DNA of 64,000 nt from Verrucomicrobiia bacterium (lineage in GTDB: Bacteria; Verrucomicrobiota; Verrucomicrobiia; Limisphaerales; UBA1319), in NCBI GenBank assembly GCA_963664225.1, contig OY760937.1, forward strand, positions 3,648,001 to 3,712,000. Reading direction: 5' to 3'. A model generated the notes under the pieces. That model did no database searches. It saw only the letters and a list, made by a program, of their open reading frames with translations, and was not told where the DNA came from. Positions 36,920 to 47,183 of the stretch are shown one piece after another. The first letter of the stretch is position 1; each line of letters begins with the position of its first letter. A program made the position numbers and the translations under genes.

Positions 36920-37672
36920 TCAGGTTGGCAATGACGTGAAAATGCGGTTGGCTTCCTGGAGATGTTCCAGGGAACCGATGTCGTACCAAAGGCCGGGGAC
37001 TTTCCACGTATAGACCGGCTGGCGGGTATAGAGCCACTGGATGAGACGACCGGGTTGGTCGGGGTTGTTGCCCTCGGCAATGTATTGACGGATGGCGGGC
37101 AGGACTGCGCGCGGGTAGTAGTAGAGGGCGATTCCGGTGAGTGTGCTGACGGGATTTTTGGGTTTTTCCTCAAAAAAAGTGATCCGTCCGTCTGGAGCCA
37201 TGGAGATCGAATTATATTGTTTAATCTGCTCGAGATCGCCGACGTCATAGACGGCGAGAACTGGAGCCTGTTTTTCGCGGCAATAACGACCGAAATCTTC
37301 GAGGGAATGGCTGAAGAGGTTGTCGCCCGCGACGACAATGAGATCGTCGTCGATATTTTCGCGGTCCAGGACGAGGTGGAGATCTCCGATGGCGCCAAGT
37401 TTATTGGTGTCATCGGTGGAGTGGTCGTTGATGACGCGAATCTTGACGTCGGGATTCGGACGGTCCAGTTGCACCGACCATTCTTCGAACTGCACGGCAA
37501 ACAGGTCGTTGGTTACGACGTAAACGCAGTCGATGGTTCCCACAGTGGCCAGTTTTTCCATGACATGGTCGATCATGGGTTTTCCCGCGACGGGCAGGAG
37601 GGGTTTGGGTTTCGTGAGGGTTAGGGGGTGCAGGCGGGTAGCGTAACCTGCGGCAAGGATGAGGGCTTTCAT
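36920..37672 (-). CDS. NDP-sugar pyrophosphorylase / nucleotidyltransferase
   Basis: MKALILAAGYATRLHPLT..PKPLLPV, AGDNLF, FEEKP, WYDIG. Confidence 0.9.
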   Translation of the reverse strand: MKALILAAGYATRLHPLTLTKPKPLLPVAGKPMIDHVMEKLATVGTIDCVYVVTNDLFAVQFEEWSVQLDRPNPDVKIRVINDHSTDDTNKLGAIGDLHLVLDRENIDDDLIVVAGDNLFSHSLEDFGRYCREKQAPVLAVYDVGDLEQIKQYNSISMAPDGRITFFEEKPKNPVSTLTGIALYYYPRAVLPAIRQYIAEGNNPDQPGRLIQWLYTRQPVYTWKVPGLWYDIGSLEHLQEANRIFTSLPT

Positions 37673-39459
37673 TTGGGAGTCGAATCTTTGGCGTCAAAGA
37701 GGCCCGGGGCGGCGGTCTTAACGAAGGCTTCGCATCGGGAAAGGATTTCGGCTGACGATTCGCTGGTCATGGCGAATTGAGCCAGAGCTTCGGCTTCGGT
37801 TTGTTTTAATCGACGAATAAGATACTTGATTTGGGGGATGATCGGGGGCGCAACGCTGATTTCATCCACACCCAAGCCAAGGAGCAGGGGGGTAAAAGTG
37901 GGGTCGCCGGCCATTTCGCCGCAGACACCAACCCAGACGTTTTTCTTGTGGGCAGCGTCAACGGTCATTTTGATGAGTTTGACGATGGCCGGATGTGTGG
38001 GCTGATAGAGATGGGCGATTTTTTCGTTCAGCCGGTCCACCGCCATGGAATATTGAATGAGGTCATTGGTGCCAACGCTAAAGAATGAGACGTGTTTGGC
38101 AAGGGCATCAGCGATCAAGGCGGCCGACGGGATCTCGATCATGACGCCCACGGGCATTTTTTCGTCGAACGGAATCTTTTCGTCACGCAACTGTTGCTTG
38201 CATTCCTCAAGGAGAGCGTTGGCTTGGAGCAATTCATCGAGGCAGGAAATCATGGGATACATGATGTTCACGTTGCCAAAGGCGCTGGCCCGGAGGATGG
38301 CGCGGAGCTGAATGCGGAAAATCTGTGTCTCCTGCAGGCAGAATCGGATGGCCCGCCAACCCAGGAAAGGATTCATTTCCTTGGGAAACTGAAGATGGGG
38401 CATGAATTTGTCGCCGCCCAAGTCGAGCGTTCGGATGACAACGGCTTGCGGCTTGAGGACTTTGGCCACCTGGCTGTAGGCCTCAAATTGTTCCTCCTCT
38501 GTGGGAAGGCGATCACGGTTGATGAAGAGAAATTCGGTGCGGTAGAGCCCGACTCCATTGGCGCCACTGGCCTGAACGGGTTCGGTGTCGCTGGCTTGTT
38601 CGACGTTGGCCGCGAGGACGATGGAGGCGCCATCGAGCGTGGTGGCAGGGAGATTGCGGACTTCCTCGAGCACGACGCGCAGGTCGGCCTTTTTGTGGAC
38701 GAGTTGGCCGTATTCAAAAAGCGTCTGATCGGTCGGATTGACGATGAGCAGTCCATTAAAGCCGTCCACCAGCACGTAGTCTCCATTCTGGATAATGTGC
38801 GAGACGGACTGGAGTCCGACAATGGCTGGGATTTGAAGGGAGCGTGCAAGAATGGCGGTGTGGGACGTTTTGCTGCCCATGTCGGTGGCGAAGCCCAGAA
38901 CCATTTTGCGGTTCATCTGGGCTGTGGTCGAGGGGGCGAGATCTTCGCTGATGATGACGACGGGCTGGGTCAGCGATTTGATATCTTCCCGCTCGGGCAG
39001 GCCCATCAGATTGCGCATGACGCGGTTGGCCACATCGCGCATATCCTTGGCGCGCTCACGTAAATATTCGTCGTCGATTTCGCTAAGGGTGTTGGCGTAT
39101 TTTTCCGCAATGGCGTGAAAGGCAAACTCGATGTTGACTTTTTGCTCGTGAACCAAGCGGTTGACCTCTTCAATGATCGTCTGGTCCTCGAGAACCATCA
39201 GGTGGGCTTCGAAAATGCTGGCCTCCTGGGCGCCCATGGCCTCGTTGACGCGTTTTTGGACGTCAAGAATCTGATGGCGGGTTTGCAGAATGGCTTTTTC
39301 AAGGCGCGCGATTTGAGCCGGAATGTCGGCATCAGGGATGGCGCGCTTTTCGGCAGCTTCGCGGTGTTCGCCAAGTTTAAGGACTGTGCCTTTGCAAACT
39401 CCATCGGAAACCGGGATCCCGCGATATACTTTTTCGTTAGAACGAGCCAGTTGCGGCAT
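37669..39459 (-). CDS. ptsI: Phosphoenolpyruvate-protein phosphotransferase (PTS enzyme I)
   Basis: TSHTAILARS phospho-His motif, GVGLYRTEF, RTLDLGGDK, NPFLGWRAIR, MIEIP, GTNDLIQY, VCGEMAGD. Stop overlaps the next start. Confidence 0.95.
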   Translation of the reverse strand: MPQLARSNEKVYRGIPVSDGVCKGTVLKLGEHREAAEKRAIPDADIPAQIARLEKAILQTRHQILDVQKRVNEAMGAQEASIFEAHLMVLEDQTIIEEVNRLVHEQKVNIEFAFHAIAEKYANTLSEIDDEYLRERAKDMRDVANRVMRNLMGLPEREDIKSLTQPVVIISEDLAPSTTAQMNRKMVLGFATDMGSKTSHTAILARSLQIPAIVGLQSVSHIIQNGDYVLVDGFNGLLIVNPTDQTLFEYGQLVHKKADLRVVLEEVRNLPATTLDGASIVLAANVEQASDTEPVQASGANGVGLYRTEFLFINRDRLPTEEEQFEAYSQVAKVLKPQAVVIRTLDLGGDKFMPHLQFPKEMNPFLGWRAIRFCLQETQIFRIQLRAILRASAFGNVNIMYPMISCLDELLQANALLEECKQQLRDEKIPFDEKMPVGVMIEIPSAALIADALAKHVSFFSVGTNDLIQYSMAVDRLNEKIAHLYQPTHPAIVKLIKMTVDAAHKKNVWVGVCGEMAGDPTFTPLLLGLGVDEISVAPPIIPQIKYLIRRLKQTEAEALAQFAMTSESSAEILSRCEAFVKTAAPGLFDAKDSTPK

Positions 39460-39604
39460 GGTTGTATTATGTAAATCAGGGCGGACCTTTTGGAAAACTA
39501 AAAATTGCAATTATTTCGATAAAATGAATTTATTCGGTGCTGGAGAGGACGTTTCCATTGGTGGGTTGGCAAGGAAAACATAAATTACTTCGGATTATTT
39601 TAAG

Positions 39605-39621
39605 TGTCCTAAAATAGGACA
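39605..39621. promoter_or_regulatory. Palindromic TGT-N11-ACA site (candidate activator binding site)
   Basis: TGTCCTA-AAA-TAGGACA perfect inverted repeat in the AT-rich divergent intergenic region. Confidence 0.45.
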
Positions 39622-39890
39622 AAAGTGTCCAATGTGTAATCAATTGAGTCATGCGTATGCATGAACCGCAACGAGTTGCGCGGGTGGAACCGGACGGGTG
39701 GCAGACTTCGAAAGTTGCTTCTGCATGGGGCATGAATGGGGGCGGAGTGGGAACAAAAAGGGCTTATTTGACAGGGTGCAAAAGCGTGCCTATATTTGTT
39801 GGAGTTTTAGAAAATGAAAACAAAACAAAACGAAATCAAGCGCACTTTGCGCATTCACTGTGGGTAGCGCGATATACAAGGGGGAAAGTA

Positions 39891-39906
39891 AGCAAGCATT
39901 GTGCCA
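39891..39906 (-). promoter_or_regulatory. Sigma-54 (-24/-12) promoter
   Basis: Minus strand TGGCACAATGCTTGCT matches TGGCAC-N5-TTGCW exactly. Confidence 0.6.
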
Positions 39907-40063
39907 ATATATCTGAAAATAATAAGATAAATTGGAATGATAGTTAAAAAATATTTTGACAATATCGTGTAATGCCACGAATAAGTGTTGTCAGAAATTA
40001 GAGGTCTCGGTTTTAATTTGTTGTGCGGTGTCTGCCTACACTGCGTGATAAAGTTATTCGGTT

Positions 40064-40825
40064 ATGAACAGCTTTATGGACGTTTGCCTGGCAGAGCCGT
40101 GTAATCAGGGTGTTGATACTGTCATTCCCTTCTGGAAACGCTTTTTCGACATTACCTGCATTACTCTCACTTTACCTTTTTGGTTTCCGGTGATGGGAGT
40201 GATTGCGATTGCGATCAAAGTCCTTTCTCCGGGACCTGTGTTTTTCAAACAGGAACGCGTTGGCTTTATGGGCCGACGGTTCACCTGCCTTAAATTCCGC
40301 AGCATGAAACATGGCGCGGACACGGGAGTGCACCAGCAGCATTTGAAGCAATTGATCCAATCGGATCGGCCCATGACCAAGATGGATCGCGCGGGAGATC
40401 CCCGACTCATCCCCGGCGCCGCCCTCCTGCGGTCCAGCGGACTGGATGAGCTGCCCCAATTGCTCAATGTGATCGCGGGGGACATGAGCCTGGTGGGGCC
40501 CCGGCCTTGCACGACAAATGAATTTGCGGATTATATGGAATGGCACAAGGAGCGATGCCGCACGCTGCCAGGCTTGACGGGGTTATGGCAGGTGAGCGGA
40601 AAAAATAAAACAACCTTCTCCGAGATGATCCATATGGACATCCACTATGCGCGCAATTGCTCGCTATTGATGGATTTGAAAATCATGTTCCGAACATTTT
40701 CGACTTTGTTGGAACAAGTCCGGGAATCACGCGCGAAAGCGGATTCCAAACTGGAGGCCGCCACTGCCCAGCCAAGGGCATTCACTGGCGCCGATTCTGT
40801 GATAAATGGGCCCATTACGGGCTGA
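40064..40825 (+). CDS. Priming sugar transferase (WcaJ/WbaP C-terminal-type polyprenyl-phosphate glycosylphosphotransferase)
   Basis: KRFFDI, SPGPVFFKQERVG, KFRSM, LDELPQLLNV, GDMSLVGPRP, PGLTGLWQVSG. Confidence 0.93.
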   Translation: MNSFMDVCLAEPCNQGVDTVIPFWKRFFDITCITLTLPFWFPVMGVIAIAIKVLSPGPVFFKQERVGFMGRRFTCLKFRSMKHGADTGVHQQHLKQLIQSDRPMTKMDRAGDPRLIPGAALLRSSGLDELPQLLNVIAGDMSLVGPRPCTTNEFADYMEWHKERCRTLPGLTGLWQVSGKNKTTFSEMIHMDIHYARNCSLLMDLKIMFRTFSTLLEQVRESRAKADSKLEAATAQPRAFTGADSVINGPITG

Positions 40826-40885
40826 TCACCAGTTTATGCCGGTTTAGTTTTAAAATCCGCCTGCCAAGAAAAAGAAAAGAGAGCC

Positions 40886-42004
40886 ATGAGCACAACTAAG
40901 AAACCTATCAACGTCGGCGTTGTCGGATGCGGTTATTGGGGGCCAAACCTCATTCGTAATTTAAGGAGTCTGGAGGATTGCAACTTGAAGTTGATGTGCG
41001 ATCTGAACCAGCAGCGCCTCAACCATCTTCATAATTTATATCCGGAAGTCGAAGCGCATACAGATTTCAACCACGCCCTCAACGGAGCGGGCCTGGATGC
41101 GGTGGTTATCGCCACTTCCGTGAAGTATCATCACCGGATGGCCAAAGAGAGTCTGCTTGCGGGCAAGCATACCTTCATCGAAAAACCAATGGCCTCATCT
41201 TCGGAAGAATGCGAGGAATTGGTTGATCTGGCCCGCAAACAGGGTGTGGTCCTGATGGTTGGGCACACTTTCCTGTATTCGTCGCCGGTGCGGCGGATCA
41301 AACAGATTGTGGATGCGGGCGACATTGGGGAAATCCAGTATATCGCCTCGCGTCGATTGAATCTGGGCCTGTTTCAGAAGGACATCAACGTGGCGTGGGA
41401 TCTTGCGCCGCATGACATCTCGATCATTCTGTATATCATGGGAGAAGCGCCGGTGAGCATCCATTGCCAGGGCGACGCGCATATCACGCCCGGAATTGAG
41501 GATGTGACGACGATGTATTTGAGTTTCCCCAAGAATCGTTCGGCCATGATTCACAATAGCTGGCTGGATCCGCGGAAGGTGCGCGAGATGACGATTGTGG
41601 GGACCAAGCGGATGATTGTGTATGACGATCTGGCGCCGTTGGAAAAGATCAAGATTTTCGATGCGCGCGTTGAAGTGCCTCCGCATTACGATACTTTTGC
41701 CGAGTTTCAATATGCCTATCATTATGGGGATGCCTACATTCCCTACATCAAGCAGGAGGAGCCGTTGAAGGTGGAGTGCCAGCATTTTCTGGATTGCATC
41801 AGCAGCGGCAAAACCCCGTTGACCGGCGGGATTCAAGGTCGGGACGTGGTGCGAATTCTGGAGGCTTCATCGCAATCCTTGAAATCAGAGGGAGGCCGCG
41901 TGGTTTTTGAGGCCAATGCTCCTGAGGCGCATCGATCGATCAGTGGCAATGGACATGCGGACAATCCTTCAAGACTGGAACTAATAAACGGTGTCAGCGC
42001 ATGA
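40886..42004 (+). CDS. Gfo/Idh/MocA NAD-dependent oxidoreductase (WbpB/WlbA-like context)
   Basis: VGVVGCGYWG, HTFIEKP, VGHTFLY, WDLAPHD. Confidence 0.88.
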   Translation: MSTTKKPINVGVVGCGYWGPNLIRNLRSLEDCNLKLMCDLNQQRLNHLHNLYPEVEAHTDFNHALNGAGLDAVVIATSVKYHHRMAKESLLAGKHTFIEKPMASSSEECEELVDLARKQGVVLMVGHTFLYSSPVRRIKQIVDAGDIGEIQYIASRRLNLGLFQKDINVAWDLAPHDISIILYIMGEAPVSIHCQGDAHITPGIEDVTTMYLSFPKNRSAMIHNSWLDPRKVREMTIVGTKRMIVYDDLAPLEKIKIFDARVEVPPHYDTFAEFQYAYHYGDAYIPYIKQEEPLKVECQHFLDCISSGKTPLTGGIQGRDVVRILEASSQSLKSEGGRVVFEANAPEAHRSISGNGHADNPSRLELINGVSA

Positions 42005-42540
42005 GCGCCCCGCAAGGATCTCATTCGCTGATTGCGTCCGATGTGAAGTTGGGCGAAAGGGTTCGTGTTTACGCTTTCACCAACCTTTATGGATGCGAAA
42101 TCGGTGACGACACCAGGATTGGCACCTTTGTGGAAATCCAAAAGGGCGCAAAAATAGGCAGACGTTGCAAGGTTTCCAGTCATTCGTTCATCTGCGAGGG
42201 TGTGACGATCGAAGACGAAGTTTTCATCGGGCACAACGTGACTTTCATCAACGACCTTTATCCCAGGGCGGTAAATGCCGATGGCAGTTTACAGTCGGAC
42301 GCGGATTGGCAGTGTCGGCCGACTTTGATCAAACGGGGGGCTTCGATTGGGTCGAGCGCGACTCTATTATGTGGAGTCACGGTGGGGGAGGGCGCGCTGG
42401 TCGGAGCCGGCAGTGTCGTTATCAAAGATGTCGCTCCGTGGACCGTGGTGGCGGGAAACCCCGCGCGGGTGATCAAAGCACTGTGCCAGCCGGGCAAAAC
42501 AAACGAAATATTAAATGACAACCAAAGTACCATTTCTTGA
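42001..42540 (+). CDS. Hexapeptide-repeat N-acetyltransferase (WbpD/WlbB-like)
   Basis: Left-handed beta-helix repeats; FINDLYPRA; GALVGAGSVV..VAGNPAR. Confidence 0.88.
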   Translation: MSAPQGSHSLIASDVKLGERVRVYAFTNLYGCEIGDDTRIGTFVEIQKGAKIGRRCKVSSHSFICEGVTIEDEVFIGHNVTFINDLYPRAVNADGSLQSDADWQCRPTLIKRGASIGSSATLLCGVTVGEGALVGAGSVVIKDVAPWTVVAGNPARVIKALCQPGKTNEILNDNQSTIS

Positions 42541-43654
42541 TTTAAGGGCGCACCATGAGCCGCTGCGTGAGGAGATTCAGGCCGCAATTCAACAGGTGAT
42601 CGACAGCAGCGCCTTTGCGGGAGGGCCGTTTGTGGCGAAATTCGAGGCGGATTTTGCGGAGTTCTGCGGTTGCGCGCACGCGATTGGCGTGGGCAACGGC
42701 ACGGACGCCTTATGGCTGGCCTTGGTGGGCCTGGGGGTGGGCGTGGGAGACGAGGTGATCACCTCTCCCGGCACTTTCATTGCCACCGCTGAGGCGATCA
42801 GTCTGTGCGGCGCAAAGCCGGTGTTTGTCGATGTGGATGAGCAGACGTACACGTTGGACCCCGATTTGATTGAGAAGGCGATCACACCGCGGACCAAGGC
42901 GATCATACCGGTGCATTTGTTCGGTCAGATGGCGGATATGGATCCGATCATGGTGATCGCCCGCAAGCATCATTTATTTGTGGTGGAAGATGCCTGCCAG
43001 GCGCATGGTGCGACGTATAAGGGAGAAAAGGCGGGCACGATCGGCGATGCCGGTTGCTTCAGCTTCTATCCGGGCAAGAATTTGGGGGCTTTCGGGGAGG
43101 CGGGCGCGGTGGTGACTAACAACGCGGAATTGGCGAAGAAGATCCAGGTGTTTCGCGATCACGGCCAGGCCAAAAAGTATTACCACTCGGTTGTCGGATG
43201 GAATGCGCGCATGGACGGGATTCAAGGCGCGGTGCTGGGCATCAAGCTCAAGGGGTTGAAGCACAGTAACGAAGCGCGCCGCGAGCATGGGCGTTTGTAT
43301 AGTCAATTGCTTGGGGGCATGGAGGAGGTCATCACGCCGCATGAGGCTGGATATGGAGCACACGTTTATCATATCTACGCGGTCCGGGTGAAGAATCGTG
43401 ATGCGGTGTTGCAAATGATGGGGGAGAAAGGGATTGGCTGCGCGATTCATTATCCGATACCCGTTCATTTACAGGAGGCCTACCGCTCTCTGGGGTATCA
43501 GCAGGGCGCGTTTCCGGTGGCGGAGCGTTGTGCGGAGGAGTTTTTATCGCTTCCAATGTTTCCTGAATTGTCGCGGGACCAGGTTCAGACGACAGTGGAG
43601 GCTTTAATGTCCTGCGTGCAAGCGTCGAAATCGGAATATGCGTCTGCGGGCTGA
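42515..43654 (+). CDS. DegT/DnrJ/EryC1/StrS sugar aminotransferase (WbpE/WlbC-like)
   Basis: NGTDAL, PVHLFGQ, EDACQAHGA, FSFYPGKNLGAFGEAG. Confidence 0.93.
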   Translation: MTTKVPFLDLRAHHEPLREEIQAAIQQVIDSSAFAGGPFVAKFEADFAEFCGCAHAIGVGNGTDALWLALVGLGVGVGDEVITSPGTFIATAEAISLCGAKPVFVDVDEQTYTLDPDLIEKAITPRTKAIIPVHLFGQMADMDPIMVIARKHHLFVVEDACQAHGATYKGEKAGTIGDAGCFSFYPGKNLGAFGEAGAVVTNNAELAKKIQVFRDHGQAKKYYHSVVGWNARMDGIQGAVLGIKLKGLKHSNEARREHGRLYSQLLGGMEEVITPHEAGYGAHVYHIYAVRVKNRDAVLQMMGEKGIGCAIHYPIPVHLQEAYRSLGYQQGAFPVAERCAEEFLSLPMFPELSRDQVQTTVEALMSCVQASKSEYASAG

Positions 43655-44744
43655 AGCCAGCACAGGGTGGGCAACGGCGCTTCCCCGCGAGGAGACTTCG
43701 GTTGGCCGCCCGGAGTTGGAAGTGGTGGATCCAACGATTGGCGGGGATTGGGACAACGGCGTTCAGAGGCATCCCGAGGCCACTTTTTTTCATGGTGCGG
43801 CTTGGGCCAATGTCTTGTGCGATGCCTATCGGCATGTGCCTTTCTATATTTTATCGGCTCAAGGTGGGCGTGTAATGGGTCTTTTGCCCCTGATGGAAGT
43901 CCGAAGCATACTGACCGGCTGCCGCGGGGTGGCGTTGCCTTTTGCCGATGAATGCCCGTCTTTGGAAAGCGACCAGGCCAGCCGTGGCGCGCTATTTGAG
44001 AAGGCGCTGGAGATTGGGCGGAAGCGGCGTTGGAAGTATGTGGAATGCCGTGGATCCAACGGTTTTAAGGAGGGTGGTGCGCCGTCGGTCTCGTATTACG
44101 CGCACACACTCGATTTGGCGTCCGGCGAACAGGGATTGTTTGAGGGGCTGGATGGGGCCACGCGCCGGGCGGTTCGCAAGGCGGAGCACGAAGGACTGCG
44201 TTTTGAAATTGCGAGGAATCTGGATGGGATGCGGATTTTTTACCGGCTGCATTGCAGGACCCGGCGCAAGCATGGATTGCCGCCCCAGCCATTCGGATTT
44301 TTTCGGGCCATATTGACACGAATTCTGGAAAAAGACGCCGGGTTTATCGGGCTCGTTCATAAGGGAACGGAACCGTTGGCGGCTTTGGTATTTTTCTATT
44401 TTGGACAACGGGCCATCTACAAATTTGGCGCCTCCAATGAAAAGTTTCTGAATCTGCGGGCCAACAATCTGGCAATGTGGCAGGGGATTTGTTGGCTTGC
44501 GAATCGAGGCTTCAGGGAGTTGCACTTTGGGCGCACGTCTCTGTGCAATGAGGGTTTGCGCAGGTATAAGCTGGGATGGGGCGCTGTGGAGCGGCGCCTG
44601 GATTACTGGTGTTACGACTTGAAGAGAAACGCCTTTGTGGCGGAACAGGACCGGGCCGGGGGATGGCATAACCGGGTGTTCCGGGCGCTCCCTTTGCCGG
44701 TCTGCCGCTGGATGGGCGCGGCATTGTATCCCCATTTATCTTAA
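43638..44744 (+). CDS. FemAB-related GNAT protein (EPS / PEP-CTERM-locus type)
   Basis: TFFHGAAW, VALPFADEC, RRAVRKA, ANNLAMW, LHFGRT, GLRRYKLGWG. Confidence 0.8.
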   Translation: MRLRAEASTGWATALPREETSVGRPELEVVDPTIGGDWDNGVQRHPEATFFHGAAWANVLCDAYRHVPFYILSAQGGRVMGLLPLMEVRSILTGCRGVALPFADECPSLESDQASRGALFEKALEIGRKRRWKYVECRGSNGFKEGGAPSVSYYAHTLDLASGEQGLFEGLDGATRRAVRKAEHEGLRFEIARNLDGMRIFYRLHCRTRRKHGLPPQPFGFFRAILTRILEKDAGFIGLVHKGTEPLAALVFFYFGQRAIYKFGASNEKFLNLRANNLAMWQGICWLANRGFRELHFGRTSLCNEGLRRYKLGWGAVERRLDYWCYDLKRNAFVAEQDRAGGWHNRVFRALPLPVCRWMGAALYPHLS

Positions 44745-44831
44745 TTTAATTATGCCCAACGAGATGGAATTGGTTATATTACGAGATATGGTGGCGCGCG
44801 CGGGAATGAAACAAAACACTGGAGTGTTCGC

Positions 44832-47000
44832 ATGACAGAAGATGATGATGATGTGCAATCCCCAAGGTCTTCCATGGGGCTTGCGGACGTTTATTTTGTG
44901 TTGTTCCGGCACAAATGGCTTGTTTTGGGCGCGTCCCTCGCAGGGTTGCTCGCGGCCCTCGCCCTTTTCTTTCTGGACTCCCCTAAGTATCGCTCCGACG
45001 CCAAGCTTCTGATTCGTTATGTCATCGAAAACAAATCGGACAACCCGATGGGCAGCGATACGCAGATTAAATCGCCGGATTCGCGCGGAGAAAACATCAT
45101 CAATTCGGAATTGGAAATTCTGACAAGCCGCGATCTGGCGGAGAAGGTGGCTTCATTGGTGGGACCGGAGAAAATATTAAAAGGATCCTTTGAAGAATCC
45201 AACAGCACTGCGGCGGCCATTTACATAACGAAGAATTTGACTGTTGAAGTTCCCAAGCGCAGCGACATCATCCGATTGAGTTTTTCTCATCCCGAACCTG
45301 CGGTCGCCAGGGAAGTGATGCAGAGGCTGGTCACGGCCTATCTGGACAAGCACCGCGAAATCCATCAGTCGGCGGGCATGTTGGATGAATCTTTGCAACA
45401 ACAGACAGACCAGTGGCGAACGCGTTTGACATCCACGGAAGAGGAGCTTTTTAAAGCCAAGACCAACGCGGGAATCATCAACATAGAGGACTCGCAAAAG
45501 GTGATTGGGGAACAGATGAACAAAACCCGGATGGAATTATATGCTGCCGAGGCGGAATTGGCTGAAAAGCAAACATTCCTTAATGAAATCGGTAAATTGT
45601 CCGGCAATACTAACGAAAATCCAGCCAAAACGACCGACCTCTCTTCGATTGAAAAGATCAACCAATACAAGTCCGTCTGTGCGCAATTGGAGGCGTTTCG
45701 CAAGAAGGAGATGGACTATCTGGCGCAATACACGGAGGAAAATCCGCTGGTAAAGGCGGTGCGGGAGCAGATCGCGATGGCGGATAAACAAAGGCAGAAA
45801 CTGGAGCAGGAGAATCCGAGGCTGGCCATGTCTGGCGTCGCCACGCCCGACAACCGCCAGCAAAGCCTGGATCCGCTGGCCGAGAGCAGTCGGATTGCGG
45901 CCTTGAAGACGAAAATTGAAATCTTAAAGGGCCAGTTGGATAAATTGCGCCTGGATGCAGCGGGGGTGGATCAGGCGGGATCGCTCATTCGGCAGCTTGA
46001 GCGCAGGAAAGAGTTGGAGGAGACCAATTATCGCTATTATTCGATGAATTGGGAGCAATACAGGCTGACCAAGGAAATGGGGCCCGGGAAGGTGTCGAAT
46101 ATCAGCACAGTTCAGGAGCCGTCGATTGCGGTGTTGGATCCGGGCAAACTATTCAAATTCATGGGGATCGCGCTTGCGGGCGGGATTCTAGCAGGCGTGG
46201 GACTGGCTTTCCTGATTGAAATGTTCCTCGATCAAACGGTTAAACGCGCGAAAGACGTGGAGACCAGGCTCAAAATTCCCCTGGCCATGTCCATTCCCCA
46301 ATTGGACGCCTTTACCCGCAACGGGAAAAGTCAAAAGGGGATGAAGAAAGAGGACGGCACGGCGCTGGCGCTGTGGGCTCCAAATCATGCGATGAATCCA
46401 TATTTTGAGGCGCTGCGGGATCGGGTGACGATGTATTGCGAGCGGGTGCCTCACAAACCCAAGTTGGTGGGGTTGACCAGTTGTTCGCGCCAGGCCGGGG
46501 TGAGCACGCTGGCAATGGGTTTGGCGAGCGCGCTTTCCCAGACAGGCGACGGGAAAGTCCTTCTGGTGGACATGAATCCCGAGCGGGGAGCGACGCATGC
46601 GTTTTTCGATGGAAAGCCAGCGACAGGTTTGTTGGATGGCTTGGAAGAGGGCAGACGGGATAACGCCCTGGTTCAGGAAAACCTCTACGTGGTTAATGGG
46701 AATTCTCAGGATTCGCAGTTCAGTGTTCTACCGCGTAAGTTTGCGAATCTGGTCCCCAAGCTCAAGGCCAGCGACTACGACTACATTATTTTCGACATGC
46801 CGGCTGTGACGCAGACGAGCATTACGCCCCGGTTGGCGGGTTTGCTTGATATGGTGATGATGGTGATCGAAGCGGAAAAAACAAACGTGGATATTGTCAA
46901 TAAGGCAAGCGGCATGCTGACCCAGTCCAAGGACAATGTGACCGCGGTTTTGAACAAATACCACACCTACGTGCCCGAAAGGCTGCATCAGGAATTTTAA
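44832..47000 (+). CDS. Polysaccharide co-polymerase (Wzc/GumC-like) with degenerate kinase domain
   Basis: Two TMs flanking a long coiled-coil. C-terminal P-loop-like VGLTSCSRQAGVST, VLLVDMN, YDYIIFDMP. Confidence 0.85.
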   Translation: MTEDDDDVQSPRSSMGLADVYFVLFRHKWLVLGASLAGLLAALALFFLDSPKYRSDAKLLIRYVIENKSDNPMGSDTQIKSPDSRGENIINSELEILTSRDLAEKVASLVGPEKILKGSFEESNSTAAAIYITKNLTVEVPKRSDIIRLSFSHPEPAVAREVMQRLVTAYLDKHREIHQSAGMLDESLQQQTDQWRTRLTSTEEELFKAKTNAGIINIEDSQKVIGEQMNKTRMELYAAEAELAEKQTFLNEIGKLSGNTNENPAKTTDLSSIEKINQYKSVCAQLEAFRKKEMDYLAQYTEENPLVKAVREQIAMADKQRQKLEQENPRLAMSGVATPDNRQQSLDPLAESSRIAALKTKIEILKGQLDKLRLDAAGVDQAGSLIRQLERRKELEETNYRYYSMNWEQYRLTKEMGPGKVSNISTVQEPSIAVLDPGKLFKFMGIALAGGILAGVGLAFLIEMFLDQTVKRAKDVETRLKIPLAMSIPQLDAFTRNGKSQKGMKKEDGTALALWAPNHAMNPYFEALRDRVTMYCERVPHKPKLVGLTSCSRQAGVSTLAMGLASALSQTGDGKVLLVDMNPERGATHAFFDGKPATGLLDGLEEGRRDNALVQENLYVVNGNSQDSQFSVLPRKFANLVPKLKASDYDYIIFDMPAVTQTSITPRLAGLLDMVMMVIEAEKTNVDIVNKASGMLTQSKDNVTAVLNKYHTYVPERLHQEF

Positions 47001-47183
47001 GGCGGGGGGCGCATTTGGGTCGGGATATCGATCTTTGCGAACGCATCTCAGGGTTTACCACAGAAAATACGCCTGGATTAAAACGTCAGGCCAGCTTTGA
47101 AGCGTGCGAATTGACAAGGACGAAGTCTGTACGGGTGTCTCGATAATAGACCGGTCAAGGAAGAATCACTTCCCACCTGTGGA

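Noticed and set aside
39777..39791. Second sigma-54 promoter (minus strand AGGCACGCTTTTGCA)
   Set aside because: GG-to-GC spacing is 9 nt rather than the required 10.
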